DNA from: Histomonas meleagridis 2922-C6/04-290x
Lineage: Eukaryota; Protista; Parabasalia
DNA: 64,000 bases
Assembly (NCBI GenBank): GCA_020184695.1
Contig: JAANOX010000102.1
Span: forward strand, 6,008 to 70,007
Direction: 5' to 3'
Position numbers and translations under genes: made by a program. Below are positions 54,854 through 64,000 of this stretch, one piece after another. The notes below the pieces were generated by a model. It worked only from the letters and a program-made list of their open reading frames with translations. It did no database searches and was not told the DNA's origin. Every line of letters begins with the position of its first letter. Positions within the stretch are counted from its first letter, which is position 1.

Positions 54854-55581
54854 ATTAATGCACACAACTTTCTTCTTGTTATTATGTATTTATTTTCGAA
54901 TGTGTGAACTAAAACTGATATTTCATATTATTAATAATATACCAAATGTAAAACACACATGCGAAAAGTACATTTTAATACATTTTTATCTTTTATAGAT
55001 TTTATGGTTTTACAAATATTTACACTTTGGTTCTAATTACAAAAAACTTAATTAATTTGTTATAACTAATCAAAAAAAATTTAATATCCTTAATCTTCAA
55101 TTTCTTTTTTTATCATTATATTCATTGGGTGCGATAAAGATTATTAAATATATAACTTCAGTCTTGAATATACATCATTTTATTGTATGGCTAACTTAAC
55201 AAATTCCATAAATATTAAGATACATTATTTTATGCCATTAGATCTCTTGAATCAACTTTCAGTCAAAATGAGTATATGATTATAATTTCATAATGAAAAA
55301 TGGATATTAATGTTCACATTATAAATGTAATTTTTAAATATAGTATTTTAGCTCTCTAATTCTACTCGAGAAATTTTGTGTACTATATCTTTATTATCTT
55401 TCTTTATCACTTCGTTAAAGTATTTTTTTTGTGACGCTATACATAATGAGCCAAAATTTAAATGCAATTTCGCACACAGAAACACCTAAAGTCCTTCTTG
55501 TTGAAGGAGTGATTAATATTAATTTTTACCACATTTTAATTTTTGTTTCGTTATTTATCTTTCGATAATTTCGTGCTTAAA

Positions 55582-56076
55582 TATGACTTTTACACATTCA
55601 TGTACAAATACAACTTTTACACATTCATATACATATACAACTTTTACACATTCATGTACAAATACAACCTTTACACATTAATGCACAAATACAACTTTTA
55701 CACATTCATGTACATATACAACTTTTACACATTCATGTACATATACAACTTTTACACATTCATATACATATACAACTTTTACACATTCATGTACATATAC
55801 AACTTTTACACATTCATATACATATACAACTTTTACACATTCATATACATATACAACTTTTACACATTCATGTACATATACAACTTTTACACATTCATGT
55901 ACATATACAACTTTTACACATTCATATACATATACAACTTTTACACATTCATGTACATATACAACTTTTACACATTCATATACATATACAACTTTTACAC
56001 ATTCATGTACATATACAACTTTTACACATTCATGTACATATACAACTTTTACACATTCATGTACATATACGACTTT
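55582..56076. repeat. Minisatellite, ~18.3 x 27 bp
   Basis: Unit tacaacttttacacattcat(g/a)tacata; 18 units counted via the YNFYTF(M/I)YI translation. Confidence 0.95.
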
Positions 56077-56154
56077 CTTCGTTTACATTCAAATCTAAAA
56101 TTTCATTTTCGCAATAATTTATTTATTATCACCCAATTCTATGTTACACACATA

Positions 56155-57153
56155 TCACTGTATAGTGCATACAGAGCTTCCGATGTCCTTTGTCTTATAG
56201 AACACCGGACACTTCCCGTCCTCGTTCACGTTCCTTATGTCTATTCCCGATATCTTCTTCAGGTCTCTTCGCTTCAGTTTGTCCCAGTCGAAGCACTTGC
56301 GGTCCTTCTTCACCACTGCGATCGCCTCCTCAAGCAGATGGTACATCAGCTCATAGTCCGGCTTAGAGTAAAAGTCGAGCGTTTTGATGTGTTCGTAGAT
56401 TTGGATCATTTGCTCTGGTAATCCTTTGCACAAAAATGCGCCGCTGGTGTTTTTCTTGGCGATCTTGACCTTCTCGCGATCCTTGGAACTACTCCATGGA
56501 AGTCCTTTGGTCATATCGACCATAGTATAGAACCATGAGATGAGATCGTCTTTAAGGATTTGTTCACCACCTGCTAAGGCATTAATGGACGCATAACGTG
56601 AGGTCCCAACAAAGCCTGGATGATCCCGTGGTGGTAATATTCGCCCTGTTTTCCCATCAACGTATGATCGGGAAAGTCCAAAATCTATTAAACAAATCGG
56701 ATACTCAAAATTAGGGCGGAGAAGAAAGTTGCCTGGCTTGATGTCACGATGTGCAAAACCTCGACGATGTAACTCTTCAATGCATTTTAACATATGATAT
56801 CCTGCATAAAATGTTGAATATTTGGAAAATCTTTGACGTGGAAGTATGGCTTTGAGATTAGCAAATGACGGTCCAAGGATTTCCATGATAATATACCGAT
56901 ATTTATCTGTTTCAGCAGTTTTATAAACTTGAGGAAAATATAATGAGTTCTGAAGACATGCCGAAAAACGGATCTCATATTTTAGACCACGACCTTTAAC
57001 ATCTGACCTTTCAATTTTCATTGCATAAAAATTATGATCTTCAGAATTTTGGACTATGAAGATATTTCCATAACCCCCATGACCAATCTTGCGTAGAAGC
57101 CTGAAATTGTCAATCTTACATCCTCGCTTAAGCTCTGGCTGATCGACTGACAT
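56155..57153 (-). CDS. Casein kinase 1/TTBK-family Ser/Thr kinase
   Basis: IGHGGYG, YAMKIE, MEILGPS, HRDIKPGNF, DFGLS, GTSRYAS, KPDYELM. Confidence 0.93.
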   Translation of the reverse strand: MSVDQPELKRGCKIDNFRLLRKIGHGGYGNIFIVQNSEDHNFYAMKIERSDVKGRGLKYEIRFSACLQNSLYFPQVYKTAETDKYRYIIMEILGPSFANLKAILPRQRFSKYSTFYAGYHMLKCIEELHRRGFAHRDIKPGNFLLRPNFEYPICLIDFGLSRSYVDGKTGRILPPRDHPGFVGTSRYASINALAGGEQILKDDLISWFYTMVDMTKGLPWSSSKDREKVKIAKKNTSGAFLCKGLPEQMIQIYEHIKTLDFYSKPDYELMYHLLEEAIAVVKKDRKCFDWDKLKRRDLKKISGIDIRNVNEDGKCPVFYKTKDIGSSVCTIQ

Positions 57154-57985
57154 TGGCTTTATAATTCGAAATTTTTTGAATACGAAATAATCGTGCGTAG
57201 GTTCGGCTTGTGAAAAACATCACGATTTTTGAATTGCTCAAAAACCGTCAGAATGAATAATCATTTTTTGAGATGTTTATAACAAAATTTTGTTCGTGAA
57301 ACGAAATTTTTCAAATGAGTTTATCTCTGTAAAAAATAAATGATTATAAAAATTTAATCAGCACATCGATGAAACTTAAATTTTATTGTAAGTGGATAAT
57401 CATTTAATTGATAATTTTCACATAATGATGAATTATTTGGGTTTTGATGGAAAAAAAAGCGATACACTTTTTCTAAAACTGTATGATTTGAATGGTTGTA
57501 AAACGCTTGTTGGAGGGACCTGATTGTCTTTTTATTATGACCTCACAATTTGGAGTTTCTAAAGATTCGTTTATTCAGAGACAAACATAAAATTTCAATC
57601 TTTCGAATCCAAAAGAGAGAATTTTATTTTAGGCTTAGATGCCGATGTCAAAGCAGTACAGAAAATTCAATAAAAAAAAGCAACAATTTCTAATAACATT
57701 TTAGCGTTAATCAAAACAACTCAAATACTCAAAAACACCAATGATTTTAATACACAAATTTATTTATTCATATACATATATATAAACAATTAAAAATTAA
57801 ATTATCCTTATTCGAAATCGAAAAAAATAGCCAAATGTAAAAGCCCACGAATTATATAGAAGTAAGTCACACTCAATAAGAAAATTCTTTCATTTCCATC
57901 AATCGGATGCTTTGAAAATTCAAAGTCATCGTTCATGTGAAAAAGTTTCATCGTTCCAAATTCAGAACATTCGAAATAAATTTGT

Positions 57986-59071
57986 TTAATAAAGCGTTCT
58001 TAAGTCATCCTTCACGTATCCCGTATTTATCGATGAAATCCATCTCATTAATTGTTCTTCTTTCTTGAATGCCAATGAGTATGCAGTTCTTCTACTTGGC
58101 TTTGCAACTATACCCTTAATCTTTGTGCCGAATTCAGCGTTATCAAACCTATGCATAGTTAAGCAAAACGGCCTTTTAGATACGCCGAATCTTTGCTTCG
58201 CAATGACTCCGATTGTTGATATTTGACCAATTATTTTATCTTTAGAATCTTTGACAGTGATCATTTCGCCCTCTTTTACAAGCTTATTGGTCTTCCATGA
58301 CGAGCGGTAGCGTCCTTCTTGTTCAGCGACGTCAGATATGGAGTCATTGATGTTAACTTTGATCGGCACATTTGAAAAGAATATGGCTGGAGGCGATTGT
58401 GTGAGTTCAGCTCCGATTTGTTGGATGACTGTTTCATTGATGTTCTTTAAGGAGCTATATGCTTGAACATATTCATGGAAATTATCATCACTAAACAAGA
58501 AACAGATGGTTGCGCAAAAAATATCATAAATAACTCTGAGATATGGCCACTCGAGACGATTACGAAGGCCATAGGCTGTGGAAAATGCACTTGCAAATGC
58601 TTTAATGCATGACGTACGAGTTGGTACAGCTACTTTTTGGAAAATATATCGCATGGCATCGACTATAGAGATGTAGTCAAGGTCAATGGCAGTGATAAAG
58701 GAAAAGGTAAGGGCAGGTGATGAATATTGGGAATCAAATAGAATAATGGCAACTCCGTATGGTGAAAGATCTGGTGTGTGAAATAAAATACGACCTAAAT
58801 CTCTTGGATTCGAAAAGTTAGGATTGGCTTCTAAAAATTGGGTGAGACAGGCTTCAGGTTGTGTTGCAAATTGTTCAACATATGGCGTTAGAAGGGTGGT
58901 CGGGATATCAGAAGGAATAACATAATCAGGAAGTGTTTTAATAATAGTTCCACAATATGGGGAAAATGAATCTTGGCCTGATTTTTCTCGTGGAATACAA
59001 AACTCGATTTGTGGAAAACGAAGGTTTTGTGTTTGGAAATTTGAATGTTCTTCTGCTGCTTTTTTTTGCAT
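57986..59071 (-). CDS. Degenerate Sec7 + PH domain protein (cytohesin-like architecture)
   Basis: SFITAIDLDYISIVDAMRYIFQKVAVP..IKAFASAFSTAY parallels Sec7. GRYRSSWKT..KRPFCL..AYSLAFKKEEQLMRWISSI parallels the cytohesin PH domain. Confidence 0.65.
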   Translation of the reverse strand: MQKKAAEEHSNFQTQNLRFPQIEFCIPREKSGQDSFSPYCGTIIKTLPDYVIPSDIPTTLLTPYVEQFATQPEACLTQFLEANPNFSNPRDLGRILFHTPDLSPYGVAIILFDSQYSSPALTFSFITAIDLDYISIVDAMRYIFQKVAVPTRTSCIKAFASAFSTAYGLRNRLEWPYLRVIYDIFCATICFLFSDDNFHEYVQAYSSLKNINETVIQQIGAELTQSPPAIFFSNVPIKVNINDSISDVAEQEGRYRSSWKTNKLVKEGEMITVKDSKDKIIGQISTIGVIAKQRFGVSKRPFCLTMHRFDNAEFGTKIKGIVAKPSRRTAYSLAFKKEEQLMRWISSINTGYVKDDLRTLY

Positions 59072-59542
59072 TCCGAAAAATTGACTGAAAAAAGTGACTA
59101 GCGGTTATAAAGCAATTATTAAAAAGTGCCAACTCGCTTATAAAAAATTGTAAAATTTTTATTATTCCAATAATCAACGTGAATTATGACCATTTACTAT
59201 CTTCATCAGCAAATAAATTATCAAATTTCTCTTGGTTAACCAATTCAATATTATTTTTGTCATCAGATGAAATTATTTTGTTAATTTTTTACTAAATATA
59301 GCAATTCCAATGATTAAAAGAGTAAATGCCAATAAAACCAATAAAAACATTTTCGAAAATTGCATTTGTTGCAATTTGTTTTGATAACCAATTACATAAT
59401 CCTGTATAAAAAACATCAACATGTAATGGTAAACAGAGCTGAGGCGCACCTCCACAATTTGATACATTTTTCCAATACATTAATAAAAATTATGGAAATC
59501 GATTTCATAATATTTCGCATTCAAAGTACAATTTTTACATAT

Positions 59543-61834
59543 TTATAATATTTTATTTAATGTATTATTCGTAGTCACAGGCTGGCAACCGAACATGTAA
59601 CTCATTTTCGTCTTCATAACCAACTCTGCGTCGCCGTTTCTCGCCAGCATCAAAATTTGCTGTATGTAACTGTTGCCGCATGGCTCGAGTACGTCGTTAT
59701 TTTGTTGCTGTACCATTAATTGCCAACCATTTGGTACTCCGTACTGTATGTTAAACTTTGTAATTTTGATATTACTTAAGTTATACAACGTGACTCTTAT
59801 TGCGATTTGATTTACGTTTTGCGAATTCTTTTGCACTTCGAAGTACATAACGATATCCGAAGTCTTCAATACTTCAATCGCATTTTCAGGAACTTTTATA
59901 TTTACGTTTGCATTATTATCATTTTGTAGATTAACTTTTGGTACTGTTTCAGGTGTCAAAGAAGTTATATCCAAAAGATCGTCGACCAAATTATTATTAT
60001 TATTATTCGTATTGTTATTATTATTCGGAATGCTTGATAATGATAATAAGTCTTCTTCTTGTTGTATGATTTCGGGCGATTGCTGCTGTTGTTGTTGTTC
60101 TTCTTCATTCGATTCAAACTCTGGTGGTAATAACATTTCGTCCCATAGCTCTCTCTTATGTAATATGTTTAACATTTCGCCAGCGCGTTGTTGGATTTCG
60201 ATGTTTATATCTTTGGATAATTCTTGGAATAATGGTTCGATTTCGTCGATTTGATTAAATCGTGTACATAACTTTGTTAATGATGTAATTAAATAACATT
60301 TTGTTTCGATTTTCGTTTGTGGATTTTTCAAGATCTTTATCATTGTTTCAATTGAACTTTTATCAGAGGTCTCGAATTCACCAATGAGATATGACGCTAA
60401 ATTTACTAACGTTTGGTTGGTTGGATACCCGTACATCGTATTGGTTAGTAATGGTAATGCATGATTTAATAACGATTTGTTTTTCGCAACCATAACGCAA
60501 AATGAAGTGAGAATATCATTGGTTATGTAGTCGTCATTGTTAATAAAGAGTAAATGGATGATATCAAAGTCCCATGTTGGATTTGGGCCAAATCTGATAA
60601 CCGAAGAATAGATCTTGGATACCATCTCAGTACGGAAATCGGAGTCTGCGGTGTGCAGATATTCGATGATTTCGGGGATTAACGTTTCCACATTAGATTT
60701 ATCAACTAATGCTAATATGACATCCAATGCTCGTCGACGGATACTATAATCCCGATGATCTAAACAATGGACGATTTGTGACTTGTAACGTTGCAATGCA
60801 AGTGTAGTTGTAGATGAACGATTAATGAAATCTTGATCACTATACAACACTTGTGAAAAAACAGATAAAGCAGAATAAATTACATTGGGTTCGCGGATGT
60901 TAAATAAACGACCAATTTGATTAAAGGCTAGACTAATTAAAGTCGGTTTTTTGGACGATAGGCTTATCGTATCGACCGTTTGAAACAGAATTGATCGTCC
61001 TGTGTTGCGCTTGATGTCAACGGCTGTAACAACGGAGGTAAGAACTTCATCTAACTCATCAGAAGGTTGCTGAAGGAGTCCTAAAAGCTTCATAGCTCTG
61101 ATTTGAAGAAATGGATCATTGAAAATGGAAAAACGATGTTCGGCTGTCGGCTTAGAAAGAGACATGACCCGAAGGAGCTTAGTAAATGGTTTGGCAAAAT
61201 GTTTCCATTTATGTTTAAGATTAGGATCTATTTTGATCATCTCACAAGCAAGATGAATGGCTGCTATAACCACGGAATGCTTGTTGCTGGAAAGTAGTTT
61301 AACGATATCAGGTCGGAAGGTGGAAATAAGATCAGGAACTTTTCGAAGGATTCGTAAAGCTGCCATAGCTGCTCGTTTAGCGACATTCGGATTTTTAGAA
61401 GCTACACGTTTTTCAACTTCGGAAGCTACAGTTTGACAAAGTTCAGGGGTTCCTACATTTGCAATAAATGATAATGCAAGTGATTGAAATAAAGTATTGT
61501 TTGACTGTAAATCACTAAGAATAGTCTGAGTAGCTAAAACCATTAAATCACTTTGTTCATCTAGAAGAATTGATGAAGCCAAATATCCAATTCGTTTATG
61601 CGAAAGACAACTATGTGACATAAGTGAAACAGCTTCTATTTGCCCCCATGATACATTTTCCCCAATAGAATTCAAAAAGATAAGTTTTGCAACGATATTT
61701 GGTCTTTGATTAGAAACAGCTTCTTTTGAAAGAGTTCTCATATTTGCCATTTCGTTTGCAATGATGGTTCTCTCTTCTTCTATTGAAGACGCATCTCTTA
61801 AATAAGAGATAAAATCGGTTACCGGTGTTGACAT
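59543..61834 (-). CDS. AP1G1: AP-1 complex gamma adaptin
   Basis: Adaptin N trunk (HKRIGYLAS..DPFLQI..RRRALDV..EIQQRA), N/Q-rich hinge with DLLDI, and a gamma-ear domain. Confidence 0.9.
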   Translation of the reverse strand: MSTPVTDFISYLRDASSIEEERTIIANEMANMRTLSKEAVSNQRPNIVAKLIFLNSIGENVSWGQIEAVSLMSHSCLSHKRIGYLASSILLDEQSDLMVLATQTILSDLQSNNTLFQSLALSFIANVGTPELCQTVASEVEKRVASKNPNVAKRAAMAALRILRKVPDLISTFRPDIVKLLSSNKHSVVIAAIHLACEMIKIDPNLKHKWKHFAKPFTKLLRVMSLSKPTAEHRFSIFNDPFLQIRAMKLLGLLQQPSDELDEVLTSVVTAVDIKRNTGRSILFQTVDTISLSSKKPTLISLAFNQIGRLFNIREPNVIYSALSVFSQVLYSDQDFINRSSTTTLALQRYKSQIVHCLDHRDYSIRRRALDVILALVDKSNVETLIPEIIEYLHTADSDFRTEMVSKIYSSVIRFGPNPTWDFDIIHLLFINNDDYITNDILTSFCVMVAKNKSLLNHALPLLTNTMYGYPTNQTLVNLASYLIGEFETSDKSSIETMIKILKNPQTKIETKCYLITSLTKLCTRFNQIDEIEPLFQELSKDINIEIQQRAGEMLNILHKRELWDEMLLPPEFESNEEEQQQQQQSPEIIQQEEDLLSLSSIPNNNNNTNNNNNNLVDDLLDITSLTPETVPKVNLQNDNNANVNIKVPENAIEVLKTSDIVMYFEVQKNSQNVNQIAIRVTLYNLSNIKITKFNIQYGVPNGWQLMVQQQNNDVLEPCGNSYIQQILMLARNGDAELVMKTKMSYMFGCQPVTTNNTLNKIL

Positions 61835-61925
61835 TGGTTGTATTTTGTCACTTTTTATGTGAATAAAGGAAAATTTCGATATTTCGAACTAAAAAAAGAA
61901 AAAAAAAAGTTAGAAAAATGGTTAT

Positions 61926-62591
61926 TTAAGCGACGCTTGGTTGAGGTGCGCCAGAACCCTTGTATAAAACCATAACACGACCAAATAGAAAGATTTCAAC
62001 AAGAGTTCCAAGAACCCAAAGAACTGCAGATATAATGCATATCACTTTGCAAAAACCACTTCCTGCGGCAAGAGCATCAAGCATTGTAATGATACCAATA
62101 ACTCCATTATTCTTCAATCCAACAGCTGCATAGCCAAAACATAAAATGAAGATAGCTTGAAGTGCAAACCATCCAAGAGTGATATTGTTAGTTTTGGCTT
62201 GTGTGTACAATTTGTAATAATTAATTTTGAATGCTAATGGAACTGAAAGAATACCAATGATAACACCAAAAACAATGTTTGCACCTACGCTATAGGAAGC
62301 TCCAGAGCCACCTAATTTGATAGTACCAGTAGTGCAACAAGCAATAAGATTAATTATGACTAGAACGGCAAGGGCTAAGATCATTATAAATGCAATACGT
62401 ATTGTCCATTGAGATGCAATCGGAATTTCTTCGGCAATATTGTGGTATACAACAGAACAAAATGGAGGAAAGTTGGGTGGATGAGTATCTTCTTCAATTT
62501 CAACATTGGCCTTCTTTAGAGCTTTCTCTCTTCTTTTGAGTTCTTCTTCTTTTTGTTGGATAGCATAATATCTTGCTGCAGGATCTGCCAT
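61926..62591 (-). CDS. SCAMP family membrane protein
   Basis: KEEELKRREKAL..PPNFPPF..YHNIAEEIP followed by four TM helices. ATG at 62591 (the track start at 62603 is GTG). Confidence 0.85.
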   Translation of the reverse strand: MADPAARYYAIQQKEEELKRREKALKKANVEIEEDTHPPNFPPFCSVVYHNIAEEIPIASQWTIRIAFIMILALAVLVIINLIACCTTGTIKLGGSGASYSVGANIVFGVIIGILSVPLAFKINYYKLYTQAKTNNITLGWFALQAIFILCFGYAAVGLKNNGVIGIITMLDALAAGSGFCKVICIISAVLWVLGTLVEIFLFGRVMVLYKGSGAPQPSVA

Positions 62592-63357
62592 GCTTTTTGC
62601 CACTTTTTTCTCTCATAGGTGAACCGATACTTTGCCTCAATTTTCTGTAGTTTACTTTTCCGATGCAAGCTAACCGTCCAACAAAAAATCAACGGTGATA
62701 AAAATGGGTAGAACAATTTTTAAAAAAAAAAATACTCATAAACTTTCTTTAATGTTTTAACTAAATTGATGTATAAGAAAATTGATCAAAAAAAAATTAC
62801 AAGGAATCACCTAAAAGAAATAATTGGTATCAGTATGAGATATTGTTTTAGAAGAAAAATAATTTTTCACAGAAAGATATATAACTTCATATCACATAAA
62901 ACACCCACAGAAATTTTTAATTAATTAAATACAAATTTTCTAGATTATTTGAAGATTTTCTCAAAACTCTTATTACTATCAGTCATGCAGTTAACTATAA
63001 GATAATTTACCCAGTGGGGAGTTTCAACCAACAAAATACATTTCATAACTATGTGACATTCCTGATTCATTAATACCTCGATTACAAAATTTTTTTTTAA
63101 ACCGAAAATGGCAGAGTATAAAAAATAAAATTGATTCTACAGAATATGCTGCGTCAGGCTGTTATAACATTGAGAATTTCGTGTGAGATAATTAATGTGA
63201 GGTGTTTTGCTCTACCTAAATGTACACTAAAAATTACATAAACATTAATTTAGCAAAACAAACATAAGATAATGTTTAGACATTAAATATTTATTTGACA
63301 GATTTAACATAGAATAGTTTACACGGTACACTTTTATATAAACTATTTAAATTCACT

Positions 63358-64000
63358 TCACTTTTCTTCCTTATTTTCCTCTTTGAACCACTTTTTCTTT
63401 AATTTCCAAGACAATGTCATTAGCATGTCAACATCATCCTTTAACACGCCCTTTATATTTTCGAAATATTTTAAGAACAACTCTTCATTTAGCGGTGATA
63501 TTTTTTCCAGTTCTGGGCATAACTTTAACAACATTGCGGTAATGAAACATATTAAAAATTCGTTTTCGTTTTTATATTTTGGTATTTGGAACCAAATTTT
63601 TTTAAGATCTTTTACATCAAACAAATTTATGAACCAACTCCAACAATCATTAATCAAGAAATCAAATGAAACAACACCTTTTTCATATAAAAAAGATATA
63701 AGATCGGGCACATTTTTGTTGATTTCTTCGCAAAGTGTTATAAATGTTAATGAAATACTTTTTTGTCGTTGTGCTGAATCATATTCGGAAAACAACCCGT
63801 AATTATAGATTCGGCATAATGCTTTAAATATTGATTCCTCGCAATGGTTTCAATGTGTTTCGCATTTAATACAGTAAATCTAGAAAGATGTGAATCAACT
63901 TTTTTGGCAACTTCACAAAAGGCCGTTTGCTTCTCAAAAAGTGAAGAATTGGCGAAAAATGTTTTCCAAGACCTGAGTTTGAGATATTCGATTTTGTTTT
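63358..64000 (-). CDS. C-terminal part of a probable degenerate TBC (Rab-GAP)-like protein; runs off the window, frameshift near 63840
   Basis: ..KKVDSHLSRF /fs/ EESIFKALCRIYNYG..PDLISFLYEKGVVSFDFLINDCWSWFINLFDVKDLKKIW..FITAML is TBC-like. Confidence 0.45.

Noticed and set aside
55543-56421. 292-aa plus-strand ORF
   Set aside because: TTG start; it is the minisatellite translation plus sequence antisense to the CK1 gene, with no domain.
2835-61297. Numerous 60-146 aa ORFs nested in or antisense to long genes
   Set aside because: Shadow frames of real CDSs with no independent motifs or promoters.

Overview
AT-rich, gene-dense, apparently intron-free eukaryotic DNA. Several markers point to a parabasalid (Trichomonas/Tritrichomonas-like): two BspA LRR surface proteins, an initiator-binding-domain (IBD) protein, a DUF3447-type ankyrin gene, and Inr/M3/M5-like core promoters. 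The window holds about 27 protein genes, two tRNAs (Gln-TTG, Lys-CTT), one full-length but dead mariner element with TIRs and TA target duplication, two tandem arrays (82 bp x5, 27 bp x18) and several decayed ORFs. Recognisable genes include a TOR-like kinase, Rab6-like GTPase, SAPS protein, PP4/PP6-like phosphatase, cyclophilin, CK1-family kinase, AP-1 gamma adaptin, SCAMP, NPSN-like SNARE, EFR3-like protein, RPS24 and a CTL-type transporter. The most unusual item is 38340-40544: a prokaryote-type COG2403 P-loop module (cDPG synthetase/arginine synthetase-like) fused to a DUF6602-like PD-(D/E)xK nuclease domain with its catalytic residues intact. A second, P-loop-less paralog of the same family lies at 7935-9293. 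Two annotated ORFs (2615-5710, 5933-7621) join into one ~1668-aa talin-like I/LWEQ protein across compensating homopolymer indels. All family assignments come from motif recognition by eye, not from database searches.
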